Assembly (NCBI GenBank): GCA_963708135.1
Contig: OY970192.1
Span: forward strand, 384,001 to 448,000
Reading direction: 5' to 3'
DNA length: 64,000 bases
Source: an uncultured Gemmatimonadales bacterium
GTDB lineage: Bacteria > Gemmatimonadota > Gemmatimonadetes > Longimicrobiales > RSA9
Notes under the pieces: model-generated
The model's database searches: none
What the model saw: the letters and a program-made list of their open reading frames with translations, nothing else
What the model was told of the DNA's origin: nothing
In this document: piece after piece, positions 1 to 9,117 of the stretch
How the letters are laid out: each line of letters begins with the position of its first letter
Numbering within the stretch: position 1 is the first letter of the stretch
Made by a program: the position numbers and the translations under genes

Positions 1-366
1 CGGTGGTCCAGCCAAGCCGATCGTTACGACTGTCGCGCGGCAGATCTCCCAGTCGGGGTGTGGCTGCAGTACGGACAGTGATTGGTGTAACCCCGAAGGG
101 CTTGGGTGCCGCAGCGACCTGCTCCCCTGTGAGCCAAGCGAGACTGGGTGCGGAACCTTTTGGCAATACTCCTGCGACGGCGACTGTTTTTAGGACGGTA
201 GCTTTCCCCAGGCCGCGGCGGCCGGCGTGGCGCGTCCGTCTTCACGCCGGCGCGGCAGGTCGGGCAGGCAACGACGCGCTCTTGTGGCAGCGGACGCCCT
301 GGGGCCGCCTCGCGCGGGTGCGTGCGCTTCCGCGAACACGGGCACGCAACGGCACCTCTTCGAAAT

Positions 367-741
367 ATGCCAAGATTCGATCGTGAATTCCGCCGCAGAA
401 TCCTGTATTGGGCGGGCTTCCCATACCCACGCTACGCGCTTGTACTCTTCACGTCTGGCGCGGCTTTCTGGTTCGCCATTCGAATTCTCTTACTCGCGGG
501 CATGCTGATCGCGGGCGTTCGATCACTCCAGCAACTGGCTTCTCCGAACTGGCGCGTGATCGCCGCTGTAATCGCTGTACCTTCAGGACTTACTCTGGGG
601 GATGTCATCCTTTACCGAGAACGGGTGCTTTACCGTGACCTCGGAGGACGACTTTCGTGGGTTTTACTAATTTCAGCTATCGGCGCTTTGCTTCCGGAAC
701 TCGTCATAGAGACAATCGTCATGGCCCTCGTAGCGCGATGA
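367..741 (+). CDS. Small multi-pass membrane protein, probable partner of the downstream ABC ATPase
   Basis: ORF 322..741 with ATG at 367; several hydrophobic segments (YALVLFTSGAAFWFAIRILLLAGMLI, WVLLISAIGALLPELV); its TGA overlaps the next ATG (ATGA at 738-741). Confidence 0.6.
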   Translation: MPRFDREFRRRILYWAGFPYPRYALVLFTSGAAFWFAIRILLLAGMLIAGVRSLQQLASPNWRVIAAVIAVPSGLTLGDVILYRERVLYRDLGGRLSWVLLISAIGALLPELVIETIVMALVAR

Positions 742-1439
742 CTGCTTTTTTCCGTGTTGACTCAGTTGGGAAGCGGTTCGCCTCCAGGGCAGTCCTGAAC
801 TCGGCTTCAGTCTGGTCCGACGCGGGCAGTATCACAGTTCTCGCCGGAAGGAACGGTAGTGGCAAGTCCACCTTGCTCCGGATTGGATCCGGACTCCTCA
901 GGCCGGACTACGGCCACGTCGGGCTTGGCGGTGAGGTTTTTCTCCGGCCTCGACTCGGGACCCTGGCACGGCGAGGACTCTTCTATGTTCCCGATGAAGG
1001 CATTTGTTCGTGGCGATTTACGGTCCGAGCGCACTTGGATGCAATCGCATGGAGATTTGGTGAAGCGGTGCGGCTTGACCAGGGCGTCCTCACCCGCTTG
1101 GGGATTGAGCAGCACCTCGATGCGAGCCCTCGCTTACTCTCCCACGGCGAGCGACGTCGCGTCGATTATGCTATGGCCTTCGTCCGACATCCGCGTGTGC
1201 TGCTCGCCGATGAGCCCTTGCGCGGGACGGGCCCTTTGGACGCGGATCGAATCAAGGCGACACTTCGAGAGCTCGCCCTGGATGGCTGTGCGATCGTTGT
1301 TACTGGTCACGAGATGGTGGATTTGCTCGAGATCGCTGATTGCGTGGTTTGGCTTACGCAGGGGAGTACGCGCTCACTGGGGAATCCGGCCGAAGCTGCT
1401 AACGATGAGTGGTTTCGGCGAGGCTATCTAGGTGTGTGA
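738..1439 (+). CDS. ABC transporter ATP-binding protein (LptB-like size, stand-alone NBD)
   Basis: Walker A GRNGSGKST, signature LSHGERRR, Walker B VLLADEP, H-loop VTGH; ATG at 738 coupled to the upstream stop. Confidence 0.9.
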   Translation: MTAFFRVDSVGKRFASRAVLNSASVWSDAGSITVLAGRNGSGKSTLLRIGSGLLRPDYGHVGLGGEVFLRPRLGTLARRGLFYVPDEGICSWRFTVRAHLDAIAWRFGEAVRLDQGVLTRLGIEQHLDASPRLLSHGERRRVDYAMAFVRHPRVLLADEPLRGTGPLDADRIKATLRELALDGCAIVVTGHEMVDLLEIADCVVWLTQGSTRSLGNPAEAANDEWFRRGYLGV

Positions 1440-1487
1440 AGTCAACGCTGTTTACGCCGGCAGCCCGCGGGTGCGTATCCGAATTGG

Positions 1488-2153
1488 ATGGTAATCTATA
1501 TATTGCGAGGACTGATTAACGCTGTTATGGATGCCATTATCATATGTTTGGTAATGGCGCTGGCCTTCTTCTATCTCCCTCCAAGTTATCCGTTCGCTGC
1601 GCGACTGCACGCGCGCTGGTTGACGGCTCGCCAACACCGCGCGATTGAGGCTGAGTGGAACCATCTCATCGCAGAAAGTTCGCTCGTGGCTGGGAATGGG
1701 CCGAACGTAGTTGTTGAGTTTGGGGACTACCGCTGCCCGTTTTGCCGAATGGACGAGGCGCAAGTCGAAGATGCAGCCCGTTCTCACCCCGATTTGTCCG
1801 TCAGGTTTGCCCAGCTTCCGCTCCGGATTCACCCAGGCGCAGACCTCGCCTCGCGAGCGGCGCTTTGCGCTGGTCGCGCTGGTGCGTTCGTTGCCTTTCA
1901 CAATTCTCTGTTCGCATTTCAGCCCCCTCCACGGGAGGCAGATCTCGTTTCGCTCGCTTGGCGGTCTGGCGTTTCCGATACGCTGGCCTTTGGCGAATGC
2001 CTTGGTAGGGATGCGACCAGAGTTCGGCTCAGCCGAATTCGCCGGATTGCGGAGGACCTCGGAATAGTGGGGACTCCCAGCTTTGTCACTCGGAAGGGTG
2101 TATACAGAGGAGCGCTGGCCACGGACTCGATCTACTCCATCGCAAGACACTGA
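1488..2153 (+). CDS. DsbA/thioredoxin-fold protein with N-terminal membrane anchor
   Basis: VVEFGDYRCPFC (CxxC), QLPLRIHP, LGIVGTPSF (cis-Pro motif); hydrophobic N-terminus. Confidence 0.85.
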   Translation: MVIYILRGLINAVMDAIIICLVMALAFFYLPPSYPFAARLHARWLTARQHRAIEAEWNHLIAESSLVAGNGPNVVVEFGDYRCPFCRMDEAQVEDAARSHPDLSVRFAQLPLRIHPGADLASRAALCAGRAGAFVAFHNSLFAFQPPPREADLVSLAWRSGVSDTLAFGECLGRDATRVRLSRIRRIAEDLGIVGTPSFVTRKGVYRGALATDSIYSIARH

Positions 2154-2185
2154 TTGGAGACGGCTCGGAAGAATCGCCCCCCAGC

Positions 2186-2339
2186 TGCGCCGCGCCGCCA
2201 TCGCCCACAAGATTCCTACTGCACCACCCTGTCCGCCGCCTCCGCCGCGTGCGACGCCGTCATCGCGCTGCGGTCGCGGCGGCGGGAGGTGCGCAGCCTG
2301 CAGGAGCGGCACGGGGGGGGAGCCGGTGAGGGCGCCTAA
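2186..2339 (+). pseudogene. carB: carB 3'-end fragment, copy 1 (shortest; frameshifted; different C-terminal tail)
   Basis: 2186-2313 matches the RRAAIAHKIPYCTTLSAASAACDAVIALRSRRREVRSLQERH segment of copies 2 and 3; 1-bp deletion in ATT CC- TAC; ends GGGAGEGA*. Confidence 0.85.
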
Positions 2340-2538
2340 GCTCGCGGGCTAATCGCCTCCGGCGCTCCGTGGCTTGTCGGGCGAGGCAGGTACCCAACGG
2401 GTTACCGATTGGGGCACGGAGGCAACGGGAGAGAGCGGACGAGGTGTGTCGCGTTCGGAGCAGATTGCTCTCGACTCTGCGCGAGCCGTCGCTGGATCAC
2501 CTTGTCCTCGAACGGAGCAAACAGCGCTGCCGCGCGCT

Positions 2539-2980
2539 CGGCGCCTGCTCCCCATGCGAGGCCGTGGCCGTCACCGTGAACGACCACGACAAGCCCAACG
2601 TGGTCCCCATCGTCCGCCGCTTCCACGACCTCGGCTTCCGCGTCCTGGCGACGTCGGGCACCCACCGCTACCTGCGCGCCCGCGGCATTCCCGCCGAGCC
2701 GATCTTCAAGGTCGGCGAGGACCGGCCGAACCTCGTCGACGCCATGATCAGCGGCGGCATCCAGCTCCTCATCAACACCCCCCTCGGCAAGAAGTCGCAG
2801 TACGACGACTACGCCATGCGCCGCGCCGCCATCGCCCACAAGATCCCCTACTGCACCACGCTGTCCGCCGCCTCCGCCGCGTGCGACGCCGTCATCGCGC
2901 TGCGCTCGCGGCGCCGGGAGGTGAGGAGCCTGCAGGAGCGGCACGCGGCGGCGGAGGCGGCAGTGCGGCGGGCGGGGTGA
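2539..2980 (+). pseudogene. carB: carB 3'-end fragment, copy 2 (MGS-like allosteric domain of the carbamoyl-phosphate synthase large subunit)
   Basis: AVTVNDHDKP...GFRVLATSGT...KVGEDRPNLVD...IQLLINTP...RRAAIAHKIPYCTT is the CarB C-terminal MGS domain; no start codon or N-terminal domains; TGA at 2978-2980. Confidence 0.9.
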
Positions 2981-3241
2981 GATATACCGGCTCCGGGTGC
3001 TTTGACCCGGGGCCTACCAGGGCGCCGGCGTTCGCCGCTCTCGGGAGGTCTGCTCTACCGGCGCCAACCGGCGCCACAGCAACTCCCTGACAGATCTCTG
3101 ACATGGTTCTGACCTCGCCAGCCGCAGACGAGGTATCTTTACTCGTAGCGTCTCCTCATGGCCGGGCGCAGGTCGCCCGACCGGAGCCGAGCGTTCCGCG
3201 TACACCGCCGGCAGCCCGCTTTCTGGATCTGAGCCCGAACC

Positions 3242-3856
3242 GTGTCGCGACTCGAAACCCAGCCACCTGTCCTCAGGTTGGATCGGGAGCCTCGGCGCAT
3301 CGCGGCAACCGACCTGGAGCACTGCAGCTTGCCGCATGGTACGGTCCTCCTGCTGCGAGGCAGCGACGACGGGGCGCTCGATCATCTCCTGAGCTCGTTC
3401 GAGGCACTTCACCTCCGGATCGCCGGCGCACCCATCGTACTCTGGACCGACCTGCTGCCGCGCGGGGCTACGATCGAGATCGTGCAACGCCTCGCGCGAG
3501 CCGGTTTCGATCCCCCGCTCCTGGATCAAGAGCCGACCTCCGGCGAACTCCGGCACCTGCTCACCAACACCGCACGGTGTTCCCAGTCCTTTGTGCCATG
3601 GGTGATGGCGAGAGGCGCGGCCCGGGACCATCAGTTCGAGAAGGCACTTCGCGCGATTGTGACCTGTGCTCGCGAGCACCGTGACCTGTCGCATTTCGCG
3701 CAATCGGATACAGGTCTCAAGCAGTTTGAGCGTGCGTTTGCCCGGGGCGGAGTGAAAAGCCCGGCCCGCTGGTTTCGCGTTGTGCGTCTACGTGGGGAAC
3801 GCAATCCTCAGAACCTGGAGACCATCGACTACGCACACGGTTGCATCAACAACTAA
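3242..3856 (+). pseudogene. Probable AraC-type HTH regulator, truncated or chimeric at the C-terminus
   Basis: LSHFAQSDTGLKQFERAFARGGVKSPARWFRVVRL resembles the first AraC HTH and following helix; the second HTH is missing and replaced by an unrelated 21-aa tail. Confidence 0.45.
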
Positions 3857-3869
3857 CCAGGGGGTTTAC

Positions 3870-4322
3870 ATGACTCGGACCATTCTCTTAGCGCTATTGC
3901 TCTCCGCACCCGGCTCGGCGGCTGCTCAGCAGATTGACCCAGTCGCGCTCATGGCCATGGCGACCCGTGCCGTGCAGGACACGCTCCATGCGCACGGGGA
4001 TGCCGCAATCGTCGCCGGGCCCACCCGCGCAATGGCGGGGGCGCGCGCACGCGCGGCACTCGCGCAACGGCTTGGGGCCGCTGACGTTGCGACGACTCCA
4101 TCTGTACAATGTGGCAGTCGCTGCCTCACCAGCCCGGCACACGACTTCTTCGCTGTGAGCGAGCCCGGGTTTGGCGGCTCCGAGGCCGAGGTGCTGGTTG
4201 AGGTATGGCAGCGGACGGATTCGCCTCGCGGCGACCTCTACCGGACACTCTGGCGGGTGACTCTGTCGCGGGCGGAGGGCTCTTGGCGGGTGAAGTCGGT
4301 GGGCCTCGAGGAGGTGTCCTGA
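3870..4322 (+). CDS. Secreted hypothetical protein
   Basis: ATG at 3870 after AGGGGG; signal peptide MTRTILLALLLSAPGSAAA-Q; Cys pair CGSRC; C-terminal LSRAEGSWRV strand. Confidence 0.7.
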   Translation: MTRTILLALLLSAPGSAAAQQIDPVALMAMATRAVQDTLHAHGDAAIVAGPTRAMAGARARAALAQRLGAADVATTPSVQCGSRCLTSPAHDFFAVSEPGFGGSEAEVLVEVWQRTDSPRGDLYRTLWRVTLSRAEGSWRVKSVGLEEVS

Positions 4323-4534
4323 CGCGCTCGGAAAAGACGAGGTCCTGCTGGCGCCGGTCGCGGTCCAGCCGATCGCGCCGGCGTCCTCTCGCCTCGCGCG
4401 ACCTCGCTGAACTGCGCACGCCGGCGAGCGGCCGCTCGCCCGCTGTCAAGCAACACCCGGTTTTGCGTAGTTGGGAGACACCCAGCCTTTTGCACCCGTT
4501 CCTCATGCAGCTTTCGAGTCACCTCCCTTCTGCG

Positions 4535-5029
4535 GGGCTGGACGAGTCCTTCGGCATGAGCTTCGCCAAGGCCGAGATCTCCGCCGGCGCCGGGCTGCCC
4601 ATGCAGGGCGCCGTCGCCGTCACCGTGAACGACCGCGACAAGCCCAGCGTGGTGCCGATCGTCCGCCGCTTCCACGACCTCGGCTTCCGCGTCCTGGCGA
4701 CGTCGGGCACCCACCGCTACCTGCGCGCCCGCGGCATCCCCGCCGAGCCGATCTTCAAGGTCGGCGAGGGCCGGCCCAACCTCGTCGATGCGATGATCAG
4801 CGGCGGCATCCAGCTCCTCGTGAACACCCCGCTCGGCAAGAAGTCGCAGTACGACGACTACGCCATGCGCCGCGCCGCCATCGCCCACAAGATCCCGTAC
4901 TGCACGACCCTGTCGGCCGCTTCCGCCGCCTGCGACGCCGTCATCGCGCTGCGCTCGCGGCGCCGGGAGGTGAGGAGCCTGCAGGAGCGGCACGCGGCGG
5001 CGGAGGCGGCGGTGCGGCGGGCGGGGTGG
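4535..5029 (+). pseudogene. carB: carB 3'-end fragment, copy 3 (longest; stop codon changed to TGG)
   Basis: GLDESFGMSFAKAEISAGAGLPMQGAVAVTVND...MGS domain; 4610-5029 aligns without gaps to 2561-2980; TGG at 5027-5029 where copy 2 has TGA, so it reads through to 5086. Confidence 0.9.
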
Positions 5030-5386
5030 GGGCGGGCCCGCAGTGGGCATCGCGGCCAGCCGGGGCGGCGCCGCTCTTGTCGATAATGCGGCGCAACGGT
5101 CGCGTTCGGGCGTAGCGTGTCAGGTTTTCCGTCTGCGGCGCGGCAAAGGCGACACAGTCGCGTCAGACGCGTCGTGTTCACCGGCCGGAGGACGGCTTTC
5201 GCGACAAATCTCCGGCGGACCGCGCAGCCGTGTCGCCTTTTCCGGCGCCACCACGAGCGCGGGTAGGCGGTGCATGGACTCGGCGGGTCCCCCGCGTCGG
5301 GGCGAGGCGCTACTGGCTCGCGTCCCGCCCGCGCCCTATCTTGTGCATCCAATCCGCCCCGATCCAGCAACAGCCAGAGCAAGCCC

Positions 5387-6769
5387 ATGTCCGGCAGTCT
5401 TCAGCCGCGCCGCGGGTCCGCAGCCTTCTCCCTCGCGCTTGCCCTCGCCCTCCCCGGCGCGCCGGCGGGTGCCGCCGCGCGGGCCATTCCGGCCACGAGC
5501 GTCATGGCCGCGCCCGTCGTGGCGAGCGCTGCCTCGCCCGGTGCCCTCGGCGCCCCCGTCGCCTTGAAGGACGTCGCCCCGCGTTCCCGCGTCGGGTGGC
5601 GGGGCAGGGAAGGGCATTGGCGGGGCGGCGGCGGGGTTCCCCCACTGGGGCGGCAGGGCGGGGACGGGATCCCCCCTCCCATGGGCTGGAACAGCTGGAA
5701 CAGGTTCGGCTGCAAGATCGATGAGGCGCTGATCCGGGATGAGGCGGACGCCCTCGTCGCCTCGGGGATGCGCGACGCGGGCTACACCTACGTCAACATC
5801 GACGACTGCTGGATGGCGCCGGAGCGGGACGCGCAGGGGCGGCTGCAGCCGGACCCGAAGCGCTTTCCCCATGGCATCGCCGCGCTCGCGGACTACGTGC
5901 ACGCGAAGGGGCTGAAGCTCGGCGTCTACTCCTCGGCCGGCACGGCCACCTGCCAGAAGCTCCCGGCCAGCCTCGACCACGAGGCGGTGGACGCGAAGAC
6001 GTTCGCCGGCTGGGGCGTCAACTACCTGAAGTACGACAACTGCAACAACGAGGGCCGGCCGGCGCGGGAGCGCTACGCCGCCATGGGGCACGCGCTCGCG
6101 GCCACGGGCCGGCCGATCGTCTTCAGCCTGTGCGAGTGGGGCTCGAACGAGCCGTGGCGATGGGGGCGGAGCGTCGGCGGCGAGCTCTGGCGCACCACCG
6201 GCGACATCGCCGACCGCTGGTCCTCGGTCATGCGCATCCTCGACCTGCAGGTCGGCCTCGAGCGCTACTCCGGCCCCGGCGCCTGGAACGACCCCGACAT
6301 GCTCGAGGTCGGCAACGGCGGCATGAGCCAGACGGAGTACCGCGCCCACTTCAGCCTCTGGGCGCTGCTCGATGCTCCGCTCATCGCCGGCAACGACCTG
6401 CGCACCATGGGCGATTCCACGCGCGAGATCCTCACCAACGGCGAGGTCATCGCCGTGGACCAGGACTGGGGCGGCGCGCAGGGCTCGAAGCTGCGCGACG
6501 ACGGCGACGAGGAGGTCTGGACGAAGCCCATGTCCACGGGCGGCCGGGCCGTCGTGCTGCTCAACCGCGCGAACGCGCCCGCCACCATCGCCGTGACGCC
6601 CGCCGAGCTCGGCATGAGCGCGGAGGCCGCCTACACGGCGCGCGATCTCTGGGCCCACTCGGATGCCACGCTGAACGGACCGCTGCAGGCGACGGTGCCC
6701 CCGCACGGCGCCGCCATGTTCCTCGTCCTCCCGCTCCGGCCGAACGTTCCGGGCGCGGGCGGCCGCTGA
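5387..6769 (+). CDS. Alpha-galactosidase, glycoside hydrolase family 27 (secreted)
   Basis: PPMGWNSWN, YVNIDDCW, YLKYDNC, WRTTGDI, WNDPDMLEVGN; N-terminal hydrophobic stretch; start position uncertain. Confidence 0.93.
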   Translation: MSGSLQPRRGSAAFSLALALALPGAPAGAAARAIPATSVMAAPVVASAASPGALGAPVALKDVAPRSRVGWRGREGHWRGGGGVPPLGRQGGDGIPPPMGWNSWNRFGCKIDEALIRDEADALVASGMRDAGYTYVNIDDCWMAPERDAQGRLQPDPKRFPHGIAALADYVHAKGLKLGVYSSAGTATCQKLPASLDHEAVDAKTFAGWGVNYLKYDNCNNEGRPARERYAAMGHALAATGRPIVFSLCEWGSNEPWRWGRSVGGELWRTTGDIADRWSSVMRILDLQVGLERYSGPGAWNDPDMLEVGNGGMSQTEYRAHFSLWALLDAPLIAGNDLRTMGDSTREILTNGEVIAVDQDWGGAQGSKLRDDGDEEVWTKPMSTGGRAVVLLNRANAPATIAVTPAELGMSAEAAYTARDLWAHSDATLNGPLQATVPPHGAAMFLVLPLRPNVPGAGGR

Positions 6770-6809
6770 CCTCGACCGCGTCCATCCACCGCCTTCAGGA
6801 GCCCCGCGC

Positions 6810-8567
6810 GTGAGCGTCCTCCCCACGGTCCACCTCTCCGGCGTGGACTACGCGATCCTGGTGGTCTACTTCGTGTTCGTGCTCGGTATCGGCTGGGCGC
6901 TGCGCCACTTCATGAAGACCAGCACGGACTTCTTCCTGTCCGGCCGCTCGCTGCCCGCCTGGATCACCGGCCTCGCCTTCATCTCCGCCAACCTGGGCGC
7001 GCAGGAGGTGATCGGGATGGGCGCCTCCGGGGCCAAGTACGGCATCGCCACCAGCCACTTCTACTGGATCGGCGCCATCCCCGCGATGGTCTTCGTGGGC
7101 CTCTTCATGATGCCGTTCTACTACGGCTCCCGAGCCCGCTCGGTCCCCGAGTACCTACGCTTCCGCTTCGACGAGAAGACGCGCGCGCTGAACGCCTTCT
7201 CCTTCGCCGTGATGACCGTGTTCTCGTCGGGCATCTCGATGTACGCCATGGGCAAGCTGCTCAACCTGCTGCTCGGCTGGAGCTTCGACGTCAGCGTGCT
7301 GGTCTCCGCCGCCGTGGTGCTCGCCTACATCGTGCTCGGCGGCCTGACCAGCGCCATCTACAACGAGGTGCTGCAGTTCTTCCTGATCGTCTTCGGCTTC
7401 GCGCCGCTCGTCATCCTCGGCCTCATCTCCGTCGGCGGCTGGCACGGCCTCGAGGCCAAGCTGGCCACCGTCGCCGTGTCCCACGGCTTCGAGGCCGGCG
7501 CCTACACGCACGCCTGGACCTACATGGGCTCGGCCGCGAGGAACCCCATCGGCGTCGAGTGGTTCGGGCTCGTCATGGGCCTCGGCTTCGTCCTCTCCTT
7601 CGGCTACTGGTGCACCGACTTCCTCGTCGTGCAGCGCGCCATGGCCGCGGAGTCGCTGCCCGCCGCGCGGCGCACGCCCCTGATCGCCGCGCTGCCCAAG
7701 ATGCTCTTCCCCTTCCTCGTGATCCTGCCCGGCATGATCGCGCTCGTGGCCGTCGGCGGGCACACCGGCGGCCAGGGCCTCATTCCGCCCAAGCTCGACG
7801 CGCTCACCGGCGCGCCCATGCTGGACGCCTCCGGCCACGCCGTCCTGGATTACGACCTCGCCACGCCGATGATGCTCGTGCACTTCTTCCCCAGCGGCAT
7901 GCTCGGCCTCGGCCTCACCGCGCTGATGGCCTCCTTCATGTCCGGCATGGCCGGCAACGTCACCGCCTTCAACACCGTCTGGACCTACGACATCTACCAG
8001 AGCTACATCCGCCGCGGCGCCAGCGATCACCACTACCTCGGCGTCGGCCGCATCGCGACCGTGGTCGGCATCGCGCTGTCCATCGCCGCCGCCTACGTGG
8101 CCGCGTCGTTCAACAACATCATGGACCTGCTCCAGCTCGTCTTCGCGTTCGTCAACGCGCCCCTCTTCGCCACCTTCGCCCTCGGCATGTTCTGGCGACG
8201 CACCACCGGCCACGGCGCCTTCTTCGGCCTCCTCGCCGGCACCCTCGCCGCCGCCGTGCACCACGGCCTCACGCTCCCCGCCGGCGCCGCCGTGGGCGTC
8301 AAGGGCGGCTACCTCGGTGTGCTCACCACCTTCCCGAGCGAGCTCGCCCAGACCTTCTGGACCGCCATCTTCGCCTGGACCACCTGCTTCGTCGTCAGCA
8401 TCCTCGTGAGCCTCGTCACCCGGCCGCGGCCCGCCACCGAGCTCGAGGGGCTCGTCTACTCCCTCACCCCCCGGCCCGTCCTCGAGCGGCGCTGGACCCA
8501 CCGCGCAGAGGTCTTCGCCGTCGTGATCCTCGCGCTCACGCTACTCCTCAACTTCGTCTTCTTCTAG
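6810..8567 (+). CDS. Sodium:solute symporter (SSS) family, probably sugar-transporting
   Basis: DFFLSGRSLPAW, SVPEYLRFRF, YWCTDFLVVQRAMAA; many TM helices. Confidence 0.93.
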   Translation: MSVLPTVHLSGVDYAILVVYFVFVLGIGWALRHFMKTSTDFFLSGRSLPAWITGLAFISANLGAQEVIGMGASGAKYGIATSHFYWIGAIPAMVFVGLFMMPFYYGSRARSVPEYLRFRFDEKTRALNAFSFAVMTVFSSGISMYAMGKLLNLLLGWSFDVSVLVSAAVVLAYIVLGGLTSAIYNEVLQFFLIVFGFAPLVILGLISVGGWHGLEAKLATVAVSHGFEAGAYTHAWTYMGSAARNPIGVEWFGLVMGLGFVLSFGYWCTDFLVVQRAMAAESLPAARRTPLIAALPKMLFPFLVILPGMIALVAVGGHTGGQGLIPPKLDALTGAPMLDASGHAVLDYDLATPMMLVHFFPSGMLGLGLTALMASFMSGMAGNVTAFNTVWTYDIYQSYIRRGASDHHYLGVGRIATVVGIALSIAAAYVAASFNNIMDLLQLVFAFVNAPLFATFALGMFWRRTTGHGAFFGLLAGTLAAAVHHGLTLPAGAAVGVKGGYLGVLTTFPSELAQTFWTAIFAWTTCFVVSILVSLVTRPRPATELEGLVYSLTPRPVLERRWTHRAEVFAVVILALTLLLNFVFF

Positions 8568-8576
8568 GGATCGCCC

Positions 8577-8870
8577 ATGACCGCCGGCACCGGACTCGAC
8601 GTGCGCTACCCGCTGGGTGCCCTCTTCGCCACGCTCGGCGCCATCCTCATCATCTTCGGGGCGCTGACGCACGGCAGCGCCGAACGCTACGCCGCCTCGC
8701 TCGGCTACGACATCAACCTCTGGTGGGGCATCCTCATGCTCGCCTTCGGCCTCGGCCTCGTCGCCCTCGCCCGCCGCGGCGCGCGCGCCTCCGGCGTACA
8801 CGAGGCCGAGGAGATGCCCGAGGGCGAGGCGACCGAGGAGCGGGAGAAGGACGAGGGACTGGAGCGCTGA
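8577..8870 (+). CDS. Small two-TM membrane protein associated with the SSS transporter
   Basis: LDVRYPLGALF...INLWWGILMLAFG; 10 bp after the symporter stop. Confidence 0.75.
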   Translation: MTAGTGLDVRYPLGALFATLGAILIIFGALTHGSAERYAASLGYDINLWWGILMLAFGLGLVALARRGARASGVHEAEEMPEGEATEEREKDEGLER

Positions 8871-8878
8871 GGCGGCGC

Positions 8879-8905
8879 TGTCACAAGGCGACGCCTCGAT
8901 TCGTT
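8879..8905 (+). promoter_or_regulatory. Candidate ECF sigma promoter TGTCACA-N16-CGTT upstream of susC
   Basis: TGTCACA 8879-8885, 16-nt spacer, CGTT 8902-8905; identical geometry at 30268-30294. Confidence 0.55.
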
Positions 8906-9117
8906 ATAGTGACGTTTCCCGGCCGCACCGGATGCAGGCCCCGCACGACCGGACATCCGGCTCCGTCTGGGCACGTATCACCCGAAATCGCTGAAATCGC
9001 GAATCCGCGACCGAGCACCCCGAGTGGCGCCCGGCGCGGGTGCGCGTCGCTGCGCGTTTCCCCCCGTACGGGGCGACGCGCATGCCCCCGAAGCATTCCT
9101 CAACCACGGGAGGACGC

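Noticed and set aside
1..330. Coding sequence at the window start (3..386, or a frame-1 tail ending at 81)
   Set aside because: No recognisable motifs; the 26-codon frame-1 tail could be the end of an upstream gene but cannot be supported from this window.
2561..5029. Diversity-generating retroelement TR/VR pair
   Set aside because: The non-synonymous differences are A/G, but most differences are C/G at third positions rather than adenine-specific, and no reverse transcriptase is in the window.
2369..5086. ORFs 2369..2980 and 4205..5086 as intact stand-alone MGS/methylglyoxal synthase genes
   Set aside because: Their N-termini are unrelated non-coding-like read-through; CarB homology starts abruptly mid-domain without an RBS or start, and copy 1 is frameshifted.
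5150..5176. Third copy of the ECF promoter motif upstream of the GH27 gene (CGACACA-N16-CGTG)
   Set aside because: Three mismatches to TGTCACA/CGTT; too weak to distinguish from chance in GC-rich DNA.
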